A stretch of DNA of 64,000 nt. Origin: an uncultured Clostridia bacterium. GTDB taxonomy: Bacteria; Bacillota; Clostridia; Christensenellales; UBA1242. Each line of letters opens with the position of its first letter. Positions within the stretch are counted from its first letter, which is position 1. The stretch spans positions 191,681-255,680 of the forward strand of contig CAMMFF010000001.1 of assembly GCA_946496065.1 (NCBI GenBank), in the 5' to 3' direction. This document shows, piece after piece, positions 44,756 to 53,184 of this stretch. Below the pieces are notes generated by a model. The model was not told the origin of the DNA. It worked only from the letters and a program-made list of their open reading frames with translations, and searched no databases. The position numbers and the translations under genes were made by a program.

Positions 44756-45712
44756 ATGGATTTGACTGAAATTATAAAAAATCAAGATTATTTCAAAAAT
44801 TTGATGATTCAAAAAGGAAAAAACACACTGAGCAGTGCAATACTTTTTTTCTGTGAGGACGATGTTACTGCTTCAAAAGTGCTGGTTTTGACTGCACTAC
44901 TTTTGGAATATTCAACTTTTGAAATGTTCAATGAAAAAAGTTCGGAATTTATTAAAATTGAAAAAAATGTTGATTTAGATGTCAAAATATATCCAAAAAA
45001 TAACGAGAAATTGTTGGTTGCAGATTCCAATGAGATTGTTGCAGAAGCATATGTCAAGCCTGTCAATTTGCCAAACAAAATTTTCATAATAAAAAATTTT
45101 GATGTTTCAACTGAAGAAGCACAAAACAAACTTTTGAAAATTTTGGAAGAACCACCAAAGAATGTCTATTTTCTTTTGCACGCGAAAAGTGAAGACAGGG
45201 TTTTGCCGACAATAAAAAGTCGTTGTGAAAAAATTAAAATTTCTCCACTTGATGAAGAAACAATTGAAAAATATTCTGACAACGCTTTGGCAAACATTTT
45301 GGGTGGCGGATACATTGGCAAAACACAGTCCCTTGCTCACAATGAAAATTTGAAAGCGGTGACAAATTTCGCAGTGAGTTTGTTGACTGAACTTAAAAAC
45401 AGCAAACAGGTCATCTTGTTCTCAAAAAAAATTCTAGAATTTAAGGACGATCTGAATTTGATTTTGGAGGTTATGTCAATTTGCATTGAAGATATAATCA
45501 AAATCAAATGTGAAAGCGAAAATCTTTGCAAACTCAAACCTTATGGCATGGAATTGAAAGATGTTGAGCCAGAATTTTCTGTCGAAGCGCTTTGTGAGAT
45601 TTCAAGATTGATTTCCGCTTTGAGAGAAAAATTGGAGTTTAACGCAAATTTGACAGTTTCTGTCGATAATTTCTTGTTGAAAATGCTGGAGGTTAAATAT
45701 TTATGCAAATAG
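44756..45712 (+). CDS. holB: DNA polymerase III delta' subunit
   Basis: KILEEPPKNVYFLL...VLPTIKSRC clamp-loader motifs. 318 aa. Followed by ricT as in Bacillota. Confidence 0.85.
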   Translation: MDLTEIIKNQDYFKNLMIQKGKNTLSSAILFFCEDDVTASKVLVLTALLLEYSTFEMFNEKSSEFIKIEKNVDLDVKIYPKNNEKLLVADSNEIVAEAYVKPVNLPNKIFIIKNFDVSTEEAQNKLLKILEEPPKNVYFLLHAKSEDRVLPTIKSRCEKIKISPLDEETIEKYSDNALANILGGGYIGKTQSLAHNENLKAVTNFAVSLLTELKNSKQVILFSKKILEFKDDLNLILEVMSICIEDIIKIKCESENLCKLKPYGMELKDVEPEFSVEALCEISRLISALREKLEFNANLTVSVDNFLLKMLEVKYLCK

Positions 45713-46524
45713 AAGTTGTGGGAGTAAAATTTAAGAACGGCAATCACATTTATTCATTTGACCCAAATGGACTCAAATTGAAAAATGGTGATTATGTTTT
45801 GGTGGACACTGAAAAAGGAACAGACCTTGGTGTTATTGTGAAAGAGAAAGAGAGCATAGACCCAACAAAATTGCTCTCTCCATTGAAAAAAGTTCTTCAA
45901 ATTGCAACAAAAGAAATGGTGGAAAAAGCAGAAAAATATGATAAAGAAGCAGAAAAACTTTATTCAACCGTGAAAAAGATTGTCAAAGAATTTGGTCTTG
46001 AAATGAAAGTTGTCAAGGTCGAAGCAAGTTATGACAACAGCAGATACATCGTAAACTTTACTGCAGAAAATCGTGTTGATTTCAGAGAACTTGTCAAAAA
46101 ACTTGCAGAAACTTTGAAAAAAAGAGTGGAATTGAGACAAATTGGCAGTCGTGATGAAGTAAGAATGCTTGGTGGTTTTGGACCATGTGGAAAAATTTGT
46201 TGTTGTGTTCAAAACATGGGAGAATTTGACCATGTTTCAATGAAAATGGCAAAAAATCAAAATCTATCTTTGAATCCTGCGAGTATAAGTGGATTGTGCG
46301 GAAAACTCATGTGTTGCATTGCTTATGAAAATCCAGTCTATCAAGAAGCAATCAGACTGATGCCAAAAGTGGGGACAAATGTTTCCACAAAAGATGGGCA
46401 TGGAACAGTTGTTTTCAATGACTTGTTGAAACGTGAAGTTGAAGTGAAGTTTGTCAATGGTGACGATTTTGAATATAAGACCTATCCACTTGAAGAAGTT
46501 AAGTTCAAAAAGGAAGAGAAATGA
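45703..46524 (+). CDS. ricT: PSP1-domain protein RicT/YaaT
   Basis: PSP1 C-terminal domain with Cys clusters GPCGKICCC and GLCGKLMCC. Overlaps holB by 10 nt. Confidence 0.9.
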   Translation: MQIEVVGVKFKNGNHIYSFDPNGLKLKNGDYVLVDTEKGTDLGVIVKEKESIDPTKLLSPLKKVLQIATKEMVEKAEKYDKEAEKLYSTVKKIVKEFGLEMKVVKVEASYDNSRYIVNFTAENRVDFRELVKKLAETLKKRVELRQIGSRDEVRMLGGFGPCGKICCCVQNMGEFDHVSMKMAKNQNLSLNPASISGLCGKLMCCIAYENPVYQEAIRLMPKVGTNVSTKDGHGTVVFNDLLKREVEVKFVNGDDFEYKTYPLEEVKFKKEEK

Positions 46525-47240
46525 ATTTAGAAAATGGTGAAAGACTGGAAGATTTGCAATGTCATGGGTTGAAAATTATTCAAAATAAAGACCTTTACAC
46601 TTTCACATCAGACAGCGTGATTTTGGCGAATTTTATTAAGACAAAAGCAAAAGACACTGCTGTTGAAATTGGTGCAGGATGTGGAGTGATTTCTATTCTT
46701 GTTCAAGCGAAAAATAAAGTGGAAAAAATTTATGCTTTTGAATTGCAACAGGAAATGCAACAATTGTGCAAGAAAAATTTGGAATTAAATAATTTGAATG
46801 ACAAAATTACACTCATATGCGATGATGTGAAAAATTTTGAAAAATATATCAAAAAAGAGAGTGTTGACGTTGTTTTTTCAAACCCACCATATTTCAAACC
46901 GACGAATTTTGAACAATCTATGATAAAGAAAATTGCAAAAGAAGATGCCACTTTGCCACTTGATATGTTGGTGGAAGTTGCTGGCAGTATGTTGAGATTT
47001 GGTGGAACATTTTATTGTTGTTACAGTGCAGAAAGAGTTTGTGAACTTATTACAACTTGTCAAAACAAGAATCTGACTGTCAAAGAATTATTTTTCACAG
47101 AAAATGGCAAAGGCGGTGTCAAACTTGCAGTTTTGAGAGCGGTTAAAGGTGGGAAGCAAGGCGTCAAAGTGAGAAGGAATCTTGTTACAAACGACAAAGA
47201 AGGGAACTTTCTTGAGATTTTGCAAACAAAAAATATGTAA
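46521..47240 (+). CDS. SAM-dependent N6-adenine methyltransferase (YabB / TrmN6-like)
   Basis: Motif I VEIGAGCGVIS, motif IV NPPYF. ATGA overlap with ricT. Same position as B. subtilis yabB. Confidence 0.8.
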   Translation: MNLENGERLEDLQCHGLKIIQNKDLYTFTSDSVILANFIKTKAKDTAVEIGAGCGVISILVQAKNKVEKIYAFELQQEMQQLCKKNLELNNLNDKITLICDDVKNFEKYIKKESVDVVFSNPPYFKPTNFEQSMIKKIAKEDATLPLDMLVEVAGSMLRFGGTFYCCYSAERVCELITTCQNKNLTVKELFFTENGKGGVKLAVLRAVKGGKQGVKVRRNLVTNDKEGNFLEILQTKNM

Positions 47241-47252
47241 ACAAAAAACCTA

Positions 47253-47281
47253 TTGTTTTTGTGAAAAATTTGTTATATAAT
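47253..47281 (+). promoter_or_regulatory. putative promoter TTGTTT-N17-TATAAT
   Basis: -35 at 47253-47258, -10 at 47276-47281. TAGGAG SD precedes ATG 47301. Confidence 0.4.
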
Positions 47282-47300
47282 TAATTATAGGAGTTAAATT

Positions 47301-47954
47301 ATGGAAAAGAAAAGAAGGCCATTTACTTTGAGTGGTGGAATTGTTAATATAGTGTTTGCTTCTTTAGATATTCTTGCAACGCTTATCGTTTTGTTTGTTA
47401 TGATAGAATATAGTTCACAGGTTGGACTTGACACAACTTACCTTACTGCGTTGACCGTGACATGTGTTTTTGAATTTGTTTTTGCAATTGTGATAATAAT
47501 TTTGTCAAGTATTTTGTTGGCGAAATGTTCCTTGCCAGTTGAAAGATTTAATAAATACACTGGTCTTATCATAACATTGTTTGTTTTTGATTGCATTGCA
47601 GTGATTGGATCATTGATTAATGCAATAAATGGAAATTATTTTGCGATAGTTGTGTTGCTTGTTTATGCAATGTGTGCAATTTTCATTATGCTTGATTTGT
47701 GTGCAAATAAGAAAGAATTGAAAAATCCTGCAACTGAAGAAAACAAAGAAGTTGTAAAAGTTGAGAAGATGGAGAAAAAAGTTGAGGACAACAAAAAGAC
47801 GCAAGCAGTCCCAGCGCAAAATAATGGCAACACTTCAGTGTCAAAACTTTACCAAACTTTGTCAGAAATTAAAGAAATGAAAGAAAATGAAATCATCACT
47901 GAAGATGAATATAAAAAACTGAAAGCAAAATTGATAGACAAATATGAATTTTAA
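47301..47954 (+). CDS. polytopic membrane protein with a C-terminal SHOCT-like domain
   Basis: Four predicted TM helices, then a Lys/Glu linker and the tail LSEIKEMKENEIITEDEYKKLKAKLIDKY. Confidence 0.75.
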   Translation: MEKKRRPFTLSGGIVNIVFASLDILATLIVLFVMIEYSSQVGLDTTYLTALTVTCVFEFVFAIVIIILSSILLAKCSLPVERFNKYTGLIITLFVFDCIAVIGSLINAINGNYFAIVVLLVYAMCAIFIMLDLCANKKELKNPATEENKEVVKVEKMEKKVEDNKKTQAVPAQNNGNTSVSKLYQTLSEIKEMKENEIITEDEYKKLKAKLIDKYEF

Positions 47955-47997
47955 AAAGAAAAAGGATAATGTTTTTTTAGCATTATCCTTTATTTTT
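47955..47997. terminator. bidirectional terminator between convergent genes
   Basis: AAAGGATAATG (47961-47971) pairs exactly with CATTATCCTTT (47981-47991). Flanked by an A-run upstream and a T-run downstream. Confidence 0.75.
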
Positions 47998-48004
47998 ATG
48001 AATT

Positions 48005-49186
48005 TCAATCTTCTGCATAATTTGTGAAATAATTTTGAATTAAAACAACAGGAGTTCCTTTGTCACCACTTCCACTTGTCAAGTCTGCAAGAGAACCTAG
48101 CAAATCAATATAGCGTCTTGGGGTTGTGCCTTGTGTTTCCATGCTTCCTTTGAGGTTTGCGTTTTTGTTTTTGATTTCTTTTTTCATTGCAGCAATCAAT
48201 TCTTTGCCATGCAAATCTTTAAATTTGTTATCAGATAAGAATTTAAGCTTCAATTCATTTGGGGTGCCATTCAGTCCTTTTGTGTATGCAGGCGAAACAA
48301 TTGGATCAGCAAGTTCCCAAATTCCACCAACAGGATCTTTAAAAGCACCATCGCCATAGATCATGACTTCAACGTTTTTCCCTGTTTTATCAAAAATTGT
48401 TTTTTGAATTTTTTCAACAATTTCTTGACCATTTTCTGGGAAAAGTTTGACTCTGTCTTCAGTTGATTTGTTTGATCCCAAAAGTCCATATTTGGAGTTG
48501 AAACCACTCCCGTCAATACTTTTGTTTAGAATATCACACAAAGTTAAGACATTCTTTCCACCAGCATTTTTTATTAATTTTTGAGTTCTCAGTCTTGTGT
48601 GGATGTCAGCACAAATAACATTTTTCGTGTATTTCAAGATGGCTCTTGGATCGTTTGATAGAATGATTTCTGTGTTTTCTCCACCATACTCTTTGTATAG
48701 ATCAATATAGTTTATTCCTGTGAAGGTGTGAACAGGGTGATTAAATTTTTTATTAAATTCATCTCCTGTGAAAATGTCTTTATAAGGATCAACATCAGAC
48801 TCATAAAATGTTTCGAGATCAACCAGAGAATTTCCAACTTCATCACTTGGATATGACAGCTGAATGATGAGTTTTTTCACTCCTTTGGCGATTCCCTTAA
48901 GAAGCATAGAAAAACGATTACGACTCAAAATTGGAAAAACAAGACCGACAGTTTCGTTTCCAAATTTGTTGTGAACATCTTTTGCTATTTGGTCAATTGT
49001 GGCATAATTGCCTTGAGAAATGCCGACAACTGCTTCAGTGACGGCAATGACATCTTTGTCGTTCAAAGTTATGTTTTCTGTGTTTACTGCGTTCAAAACA
49101 CTGTCGCAAACAATTTTTACTAAATCATCTCCTTCTTTTATAATTGGTGTTCTTACACCTCTTGAAATAGTTCCAAAAACTTTCAT
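48005..49186 (-). CDS. CofE-like (F420-0:gamma-glutamyl ligase family) protein, long form
   Basis: N-terminus ...SRGVRTPIIKEGDDLVKIV... and DVIAVTEAVVGISQGN resemble the CofE fold family. ATG 49186 follows a GGGAGA SD, and I prefer it over the track's TTG 49204. Confidence 0.65.
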   Translation of the reverse strand: MKVFGTISRGVRTPIIKEGDDLVKIVCDSVLNAVNTENITLNDKDVIAVTEAVVGISQGNYATIDQIAKDVHNKFGNETVGLVFPILSRNRFSMLLKGIAKGVKKLIIQLSYPSDEVGNSLVDLETFYESDVDPYKDIFTGDEFNKKFNHPVHTFTGINYIDLYKEYGGENTEIILSNDPRAILKYTKNVICADIHTRLRTQKLIKNAGGKNVLTLCDILNKSIDGSGFNSKYGLLGSNKSTEDRVKLFPENGQEIVEKIQKTIFDKTGKNVEVMIYGDGAFKDPVGGIWELADPIVSPAYTKGLNGTPNELKLKFLSDNKFKDLHGKELIAAMKKEIKNKNANLKGSMETQGTTPRRYIDLLGSLADLTSGSGDKGTPVVLIQNYFTNYAED

Positions 49187-49267
49187 AAAATTCTCCCTTA
49201 TCAATAATAGGAGTTTTTCTTCTTGTGGTCAAATAAATTAAGGATAATTATGAAAAATTTAAACCTT

Positions 49268-49774
49268 TCACATCACTTTGCAGATTAAACAAGCCAAAAT
49301 TGTGCCGACCAATGAGCATAGCAGAGCGACAGGTATGGCATATAACAATTTTTTGACTTTGGTTTGAGAGATATAGACGGTGGCAACATAGAAGATCGTT
49401 TCACTGCAGCCCATAATTACACAAGCACAGCGTGAGATGTAACTGTCCGCGCCATAAGTTGAGAAGATGTTTTCCAAAATACCATAACTGCCACTTCCAG
49501 TGAATGGACGGAGTAATACGAGTTCGCAAAGTTCTGTCGGAATTCCAAGAGCATTGAAAATTGGGGATAACATTTGTGCCAGGAAATTTGTTATTCCGCT
49601 TACTTTCAAAAGTGCGACAGCAATCAAGATAGATGCAATAAAAGGAAAAATGTCAACAACCAATTTGATGGCACCTTTTGCACCTTTAACAAAGGTGTCA
49701 TAGGTGTTTATTCGTTTGTATAGACAATAGGCAAAAAGAAGCAAAAACAAGATTGGCAAAATGTAATTGCTCAT
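49268..49774 (-). CDS. spmB: spore maturation protein B-like nucleoside-recognition (Gate) domain protein
   Basis: 168 aa, polytopic. SpmB-like LLRPFTGSGSYGIL and CSETIFYV segments. ATGA overlap with spmA. Confidence 0.8.
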   Translation of the reverse strand: MSNYILPILFLLLFAYCLYKRINTYDTFVKGAKGAIKLVVDIFPFIASILIAVALLKVSGITNFLAQMLSPIFNALGIPTELCELVLLRPFTGSGSYGILENIFSTYGADSYISRCACVIMGCSETIFYVATVYISQTKVKKLLYAIPVALLCSLVGTILACLICKVM

Positions 49775-50349
49775 GATTTTGCCCTAGCCTTTTTTCGTTT
49801 GAATTTGTCAATTGTGTGAACCAAAATGATTCCAAGAAGAGTTGTGCAAAATGTCACTATCAGTGTTGGAAGAATGATGTCAGATGGATTTTCTGACCCA
49901 GCACTTGCGCGCAAACCAATCACAGTTGTTGGAAGAAGTTGAATTGAAGTTGCATTTATTACGACAAGCATTATCATAGCAAAATTTGCTTTTCCGCTTT
50001 TGTCATCAAGGGCTTGCATGGCTTTGATACCCATTGGAGTTGCTGCGTTTCCAAGTCCAAGCATATTTGCAGAAACATTCAATGCAATGATTTTTTGTGT
50101 TTCAGCATTATCAACTTTGAAAATTTTTTTGATGAGTGGGCGAAGTAGTTTCGCAAGTTTTTCTCCAAGTCCGCTTGCTTCAACCATTTCCAAAAGTCCC
50201 AACCAGACTGCATAGACAGCACAGAGTTCAATGCATAAAGACAGTGCATCAGCCGAAGCATCAATCATTTCTGACAACACTGCACTTGGGTTTGTTATGA
50301 GAAGCACAAGAATGCTCAAAAACATCATGACATACCAGAAAATATTCAT
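49771..50349 (-). CDS. spmA: spore maturation protein A-like nucleoside-recognition (Gate) domain protein
   Basis: 192 aa. NVSANMLGLGNAATPMGIKAMQAL is typical of the SpmA/Gate domain. Confidence 0.8.
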   Translation of the reverse strand: MNIFWYVMMFLSILVLLITNPSAVLSEMIDASADALSLCIELCAVYAVWLGLLEMVEASGLGEKLAKLLRPLIKKIFKVDNAETQKIIALNVSANMLGLGNAATPMGIKAMQALDDKSGKANFAMIMLVVINATSIQLLPTTVIGLRASAGSENPSDIILPTLIVTFCTTLLGIILVHTIDKFKRKKARAKS

Positions 50350-50352
50350 ATA

Positions 50353-50373
50353 AGAAATTTATGCGAAATTTCT
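50353..50373. promoter_or_regulatory. palindrome AGAAATTT-N5-AAATTTCT directly upstream of spmA (operator candidate)
   Basis: Perfect 8-bp arms at 50353-50360 and 50366-50373, 4 nt from the spmA start codon. Confidence 0.3.
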
Positions 50374-50451
50374 CGAAAAAAGAATAAAAATCAAATATTT
50401 TATTAAGTACTGTGATTTAATCAAAAGCTTTAAGGAAAAACGAGGACATAC

Positions 50452-50480
50452 TTGACTTATTTTTGTGATTTTGATAGACT
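50452..50480 (+). promoter_or_regulatory. tatD promoter TTGACT-N17-TAGACT, 6 nt before the ATG (leaderless layout)
   Basis: -35 at 50452-50457, -10 at 50475-50480, ATG at 50487. No SD in TTTTCT. Confidence 0.55.
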
Positions 50481-50486
50481 TTTTCT

Positions 50487-51254
50487 ATGGAATTTGTTGA
50501 TGTACATGCACATATCTTGGATGAATGTTTCAAAGAAGATGTTGAAGAAGTTGTCAAAAGAGCAAAAGAAAAGGGAGTAAGAAAAATCATCTGCTCTGCT
50601 TATGACATGCAGTCATCAGAAAATGCAATTGGTCTTGCATATAGATTTGCAAATGTGTATGCAACAGTTGGCGTCCATCCAGAAAATGTTGATGGCGTTG
50701 ATTTTGAACGAGCAAAACAACATTTAATTGATCTTGCAAGCGAGAAAAAAGTTGTTGGGATTGGCGAAATTGGACTTGACTATCACTTCACTGTTGAGAA
50801 TAAATACCTTCAAAAGATGATCTTTGAAAAACAAATTGAATTGGCAAACGAAGTGGGATTGCCTGTTGTTGTGCACAGTCGTGACGCGATGGGGGACACC
50901 ATTGAAATTTTGAAAAAAACAAAGGTTAGAAAAGAAAGTTTGATGCATTGTTACAGTGGAAGTTTTGAAAGTGCAAAAATTTTGATGAATCTTGGATTTT
51001 CCTTCTCTTTTGGTGGTGTTGTGACTTTCAAAAACGCAAAAAACGTTGTTGAAGTTGTGAAAAATTTGCCAATGGACAGAATTTTGCTTGAGACAGATTG
51101 CCCATACATGACTCCAGTTCCTTTTAGGGGGCAAAGAAATGAACCCAAAAATGTCGTTTATGTTGCCGACGAAATTGCAAGAATTAAAGGGATAAGCATT
51201 GAAGAGGTGGCAGTAATCACAACAGAAAATGCAAGAAGGGTGTTTGGAATATGA
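50487..51254 (+). CDS. tatD: TatD-family metal-dependent hydrolase/DNase
   Basis: N-terminal DVHAHI (HxH), GEIGLDYH, and HSRDA motifs. 255 aa. Confidence 0.9.
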   Translation: MEFVDVHAHILDECFKEDVEEVVKRAKEKGVRKIICSAYDMQSSENAIGLAYRFANVYATVGVHPENVDGVDFERAKQHLIDLASEKKVVGIGEIGLDYHFTVENKYLQKMIFEKQIELANEVGLPVVVHSRDAMGDTIEILKKTKVRKESLMHCYSGSFESAKILMNLGFSFSFGGVVTFKNAKNVVEVVKNLPMDRILLETDCPYMTPVPFRGQRNEPKNVVYVADEIARIKGISIEEVAVITTENARRVFGI

Positions 51255-52036
51255 AAGATTTTGTTTTCAAAAAGAAGTTTGGACAGAACTTTATAAGTGA
51301 TAAAAACTTGTTGAATGCGATTGTGTCGGACGCAAACATATATGCGGATGATGAGGTTTTGGAAATAGGTCCAGGAGCGGGAAGTTTGACGCAGGTTTTA
51401 TCAGAAAAAGCAAAAAAAGTTGTGGCATACGAAATAGACAAAGATTTGCAAGAACATCTCTTGGGGATGAATCTAAAAAATGTTGACTTTGTCTTTGAAG
51501 ATTTCATGAAAGCCAGTATGGAAGATGTTGAGAAAAAGTTTGCGAACAGTTACAAAGTCGTTGCAAACCTGCCTTATTACATCACAACACTGATAATTTT
51601 CAAATTGCTGGAAGAAGGAGAAAAAGTTTCTTCTTTGACAATCATGGTTCAAAAAGAAGTTGCAGAAAGAATTTGCGCTGATTTTGGTGGAAAGGACTAT
51701 GGAATTTTGACGGTTATGACATGGCTTTACGGAACACCAAAAATCACAAGAATAATAGGACGACAAATGTTTTATCCAGAGCCGAATGTCGATTCCGCTC
51801 TTTTGCACATTGAAATTGACAGAGAAAAATTTAAAGATATTGACAAAAAAGAGTTTTTGAAATTCATTAAGGCATGTTTTTCAATGCGAAGAAAGACAAT
51901 TCTAAACAATCTTTCATCTGTTTATGACAAAAACAAACTCAAGGCAAAATTTCTTGAAGAAGTTCTAAGAAAAAGGCCAGAGCAATTTTCACTGAACGAA
52001 TTTGTTGAACTTTTCAAAAGTTGTAAAGAACTTTAA
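51251..52036 (+). CDS. rsmA: 16S rRNA (adenine1518/1519-N6)-dimethyltransferase
   Basis: KKKFGQNFI, EIGPGAGSLT, NLPYYIT. ATGA overlap with tatD. Confidence 0.95.
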   Translation: MKDFVFKKKFGQNFISDKNLLNAIVSDANIYADDEVLEIGPGAGSLTQVLSEKAKKVVAYEIDKDLQEHLLGMNLKNVDFVFEDFMKASMEDVEKKFANSYKVVANLPYYITTLIIFKLLEEGEKVSSLTIMVQKEVAERICADFGGKDYGILTVMTWLYGTPKITRIIGRQMFYPEPNVDSALLHIEIDREKFKDIDKKEFLKFIKACFSMRRKTILNNLSSVYDKNKLKAKFLEEVLRKRPEQFSLNEFVELFKSCKEL

Positions 52037-52077
52037 TAGACTCACAAATATTTGTCTCAATTAATATAAAATTATAT

Positions 52078-52251
52078 ATGGCGTGTAAAGAAGAAGAGCT
52101 TATTTTGCTTGCGACATCAATTGCGATGGAACTTGCTCGTGGACTTGAACTTGACGAATTGGAAGATTTGAGAAACTTGGTAAATCAGGTGTCTTGCTCA
52201 TTGACCACGCTTATTAACAGCAAATATAATGTGTTGAAAAGAAAAAAATAA
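52078..52251 (+). CDS. possible 57-aa small protein (below the ORF-track cutoff)
   Basis: MACKEEELILLATSIAMELARGLELDELEDLRNLVNQVSCSLTTLINSKYNVLKRKK. It fills the rsmA-rplI gap and ends at the bidirectional terminator. No SD. It vaguely resembles small helical proteins of Clostridia. Confidence 0.4.
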   Translation: MACKEEELILLATSIAMELARGLELDELEDLRNLVNQVSCSLTTLINSKYNVLKRKK

Positions 52252-52278
52252 CCAACTGTTTCCAGTTGGTTGTTTTTT
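52243..52278. terminator. bidirectional terminator (small ORF / rplI)
   Basis: AACCAACTG (52250-52258), TTTC loop, CAGTTGGTT (52263-52271). A-run upstream and T-run downstream. Confidence 0.75.
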
Positions 52279-52723
52279 ATTGCTCTGCTTCAACACTTAC
52301 AGTAAATTTTGCGGAGATTTCAGGATAAACTTTTGCAACAACACTGTAATTTCCAGTCATTTTGATTGGTTCCTTTAAATCAATTTTCTTTTTATCAATT
52401 TGAATGGAAAGTTTTGCAAGTTCATCAGAAATTTCTTTGCTTGTGATTGAACCAAAAGTTTTTCCATTGCTTCCACATTTGATTTTGAGATTAATGGTTT
52501 TTCCTTCTATCTTTTTGGCAAGTTCTTTTGCAGCAGCAATTTCTTGAGCTTTATGAAATTTTGCTGCTTCATTTTGATTTTGATTTTCATTTAATGCACT
52601 TCTGTCTGCAAGTTTTGCAAGATTATTCTTAAACAAAAAGTTTTTTGCATATCCATCGGCAACTTCCTTGATCTCACCTTTTTTGCCTGTGCCTCTGACA
52701 TCTTTAAGTAATACAACTTTCAT
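52277..52723 (-). CDS. rplI: 50S ribosomal protein L9
   Basis: [31 protein letters not shown]-terminal signature. AAGAGGTG SD. Confidence 0.95.
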   Translation of the reverse strand: MKVVLLKDVRGTGKKGEIKEVADGYAKNFLFKNNLAKLADRSALNENQNQNEAAKFHKAQEIAAAKELAKKIEGKTINLKIKCGSNGKTFGSITSKEISDELAKLSIQIDKKKIDLKEPIKMTGNYSVVAKVYPEISAKFTVSVEAEQ

Positions 52724-52802
52724 ATTTCACCTCTTTAATTTAAGTTTACTATATTGTGGTTTGTTTTGTCAACAAATGGAAATACTAACAGTTGGAGGAA
52801 TT

Positions 52803-53114
52803 ATGGATATTAGATGCAGAAAAACAAGTTGCAAGTATAACGACAAATATACATGCAAAGCTAAGGAAATCTTGATTAAGAAAAATGTGGAGTGTGCAAA
52901 ATATGAAAAAGGAAATAAGCCTGCAGTTGACAAAACAAAATGGCTTTTTTCTGACAAACCACCAGTCTATGCTCCACAAAGAGATTCTGCAACAATAGGG
53001 ATTGGATGCAATGCACATTGCCTGTTTAATGATAATGGAAAATGTGTGGCAAATGGCATAACTCTTAATGACATTGAGAATAAGCCTTTGTGTGTGACAT
53101 TTTTAAGGAAATAG
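52803..53114 (+). CDS. Cys-rich DUF1540-like protein
   Basis: Two halves with C-x6-C..Y...C.A and GC.A.C.FN..G.C.A patterns. ATG 52803 follows a GGAGGA SD. The track's longer ORF (52668) would overlap rplI. Confidence 0.7.
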   Translation: MDIRCRKTSCKYNDKYTCKAKEILIKKNVECAKYEKGNKPAVDKTKWLFSDKPPVYAPQRDSATIGIGCNAHCLFNDNGKCVANGITLNDIENKPLCVTFLRK

Positions 53115-53149
53115 TAAATTTCCCTTGCAAGAAGAATTTTGAAAATGTC

Positions 53150-53178
53150 TTGCAAATGAAAAATTTGTATAGTATAAT
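53150..53178 (+). promoter_or_regulatory. promoter TTGCAA-N17-TATAAT, 6 nt before the ATG (leaderless layout)
   Basis: -35 at 53150-53155, -10 at 53173-53178, ATG at 53185. No SD. Confidence 0.55.
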
Positions 53179-53184
53179 AAGAAT

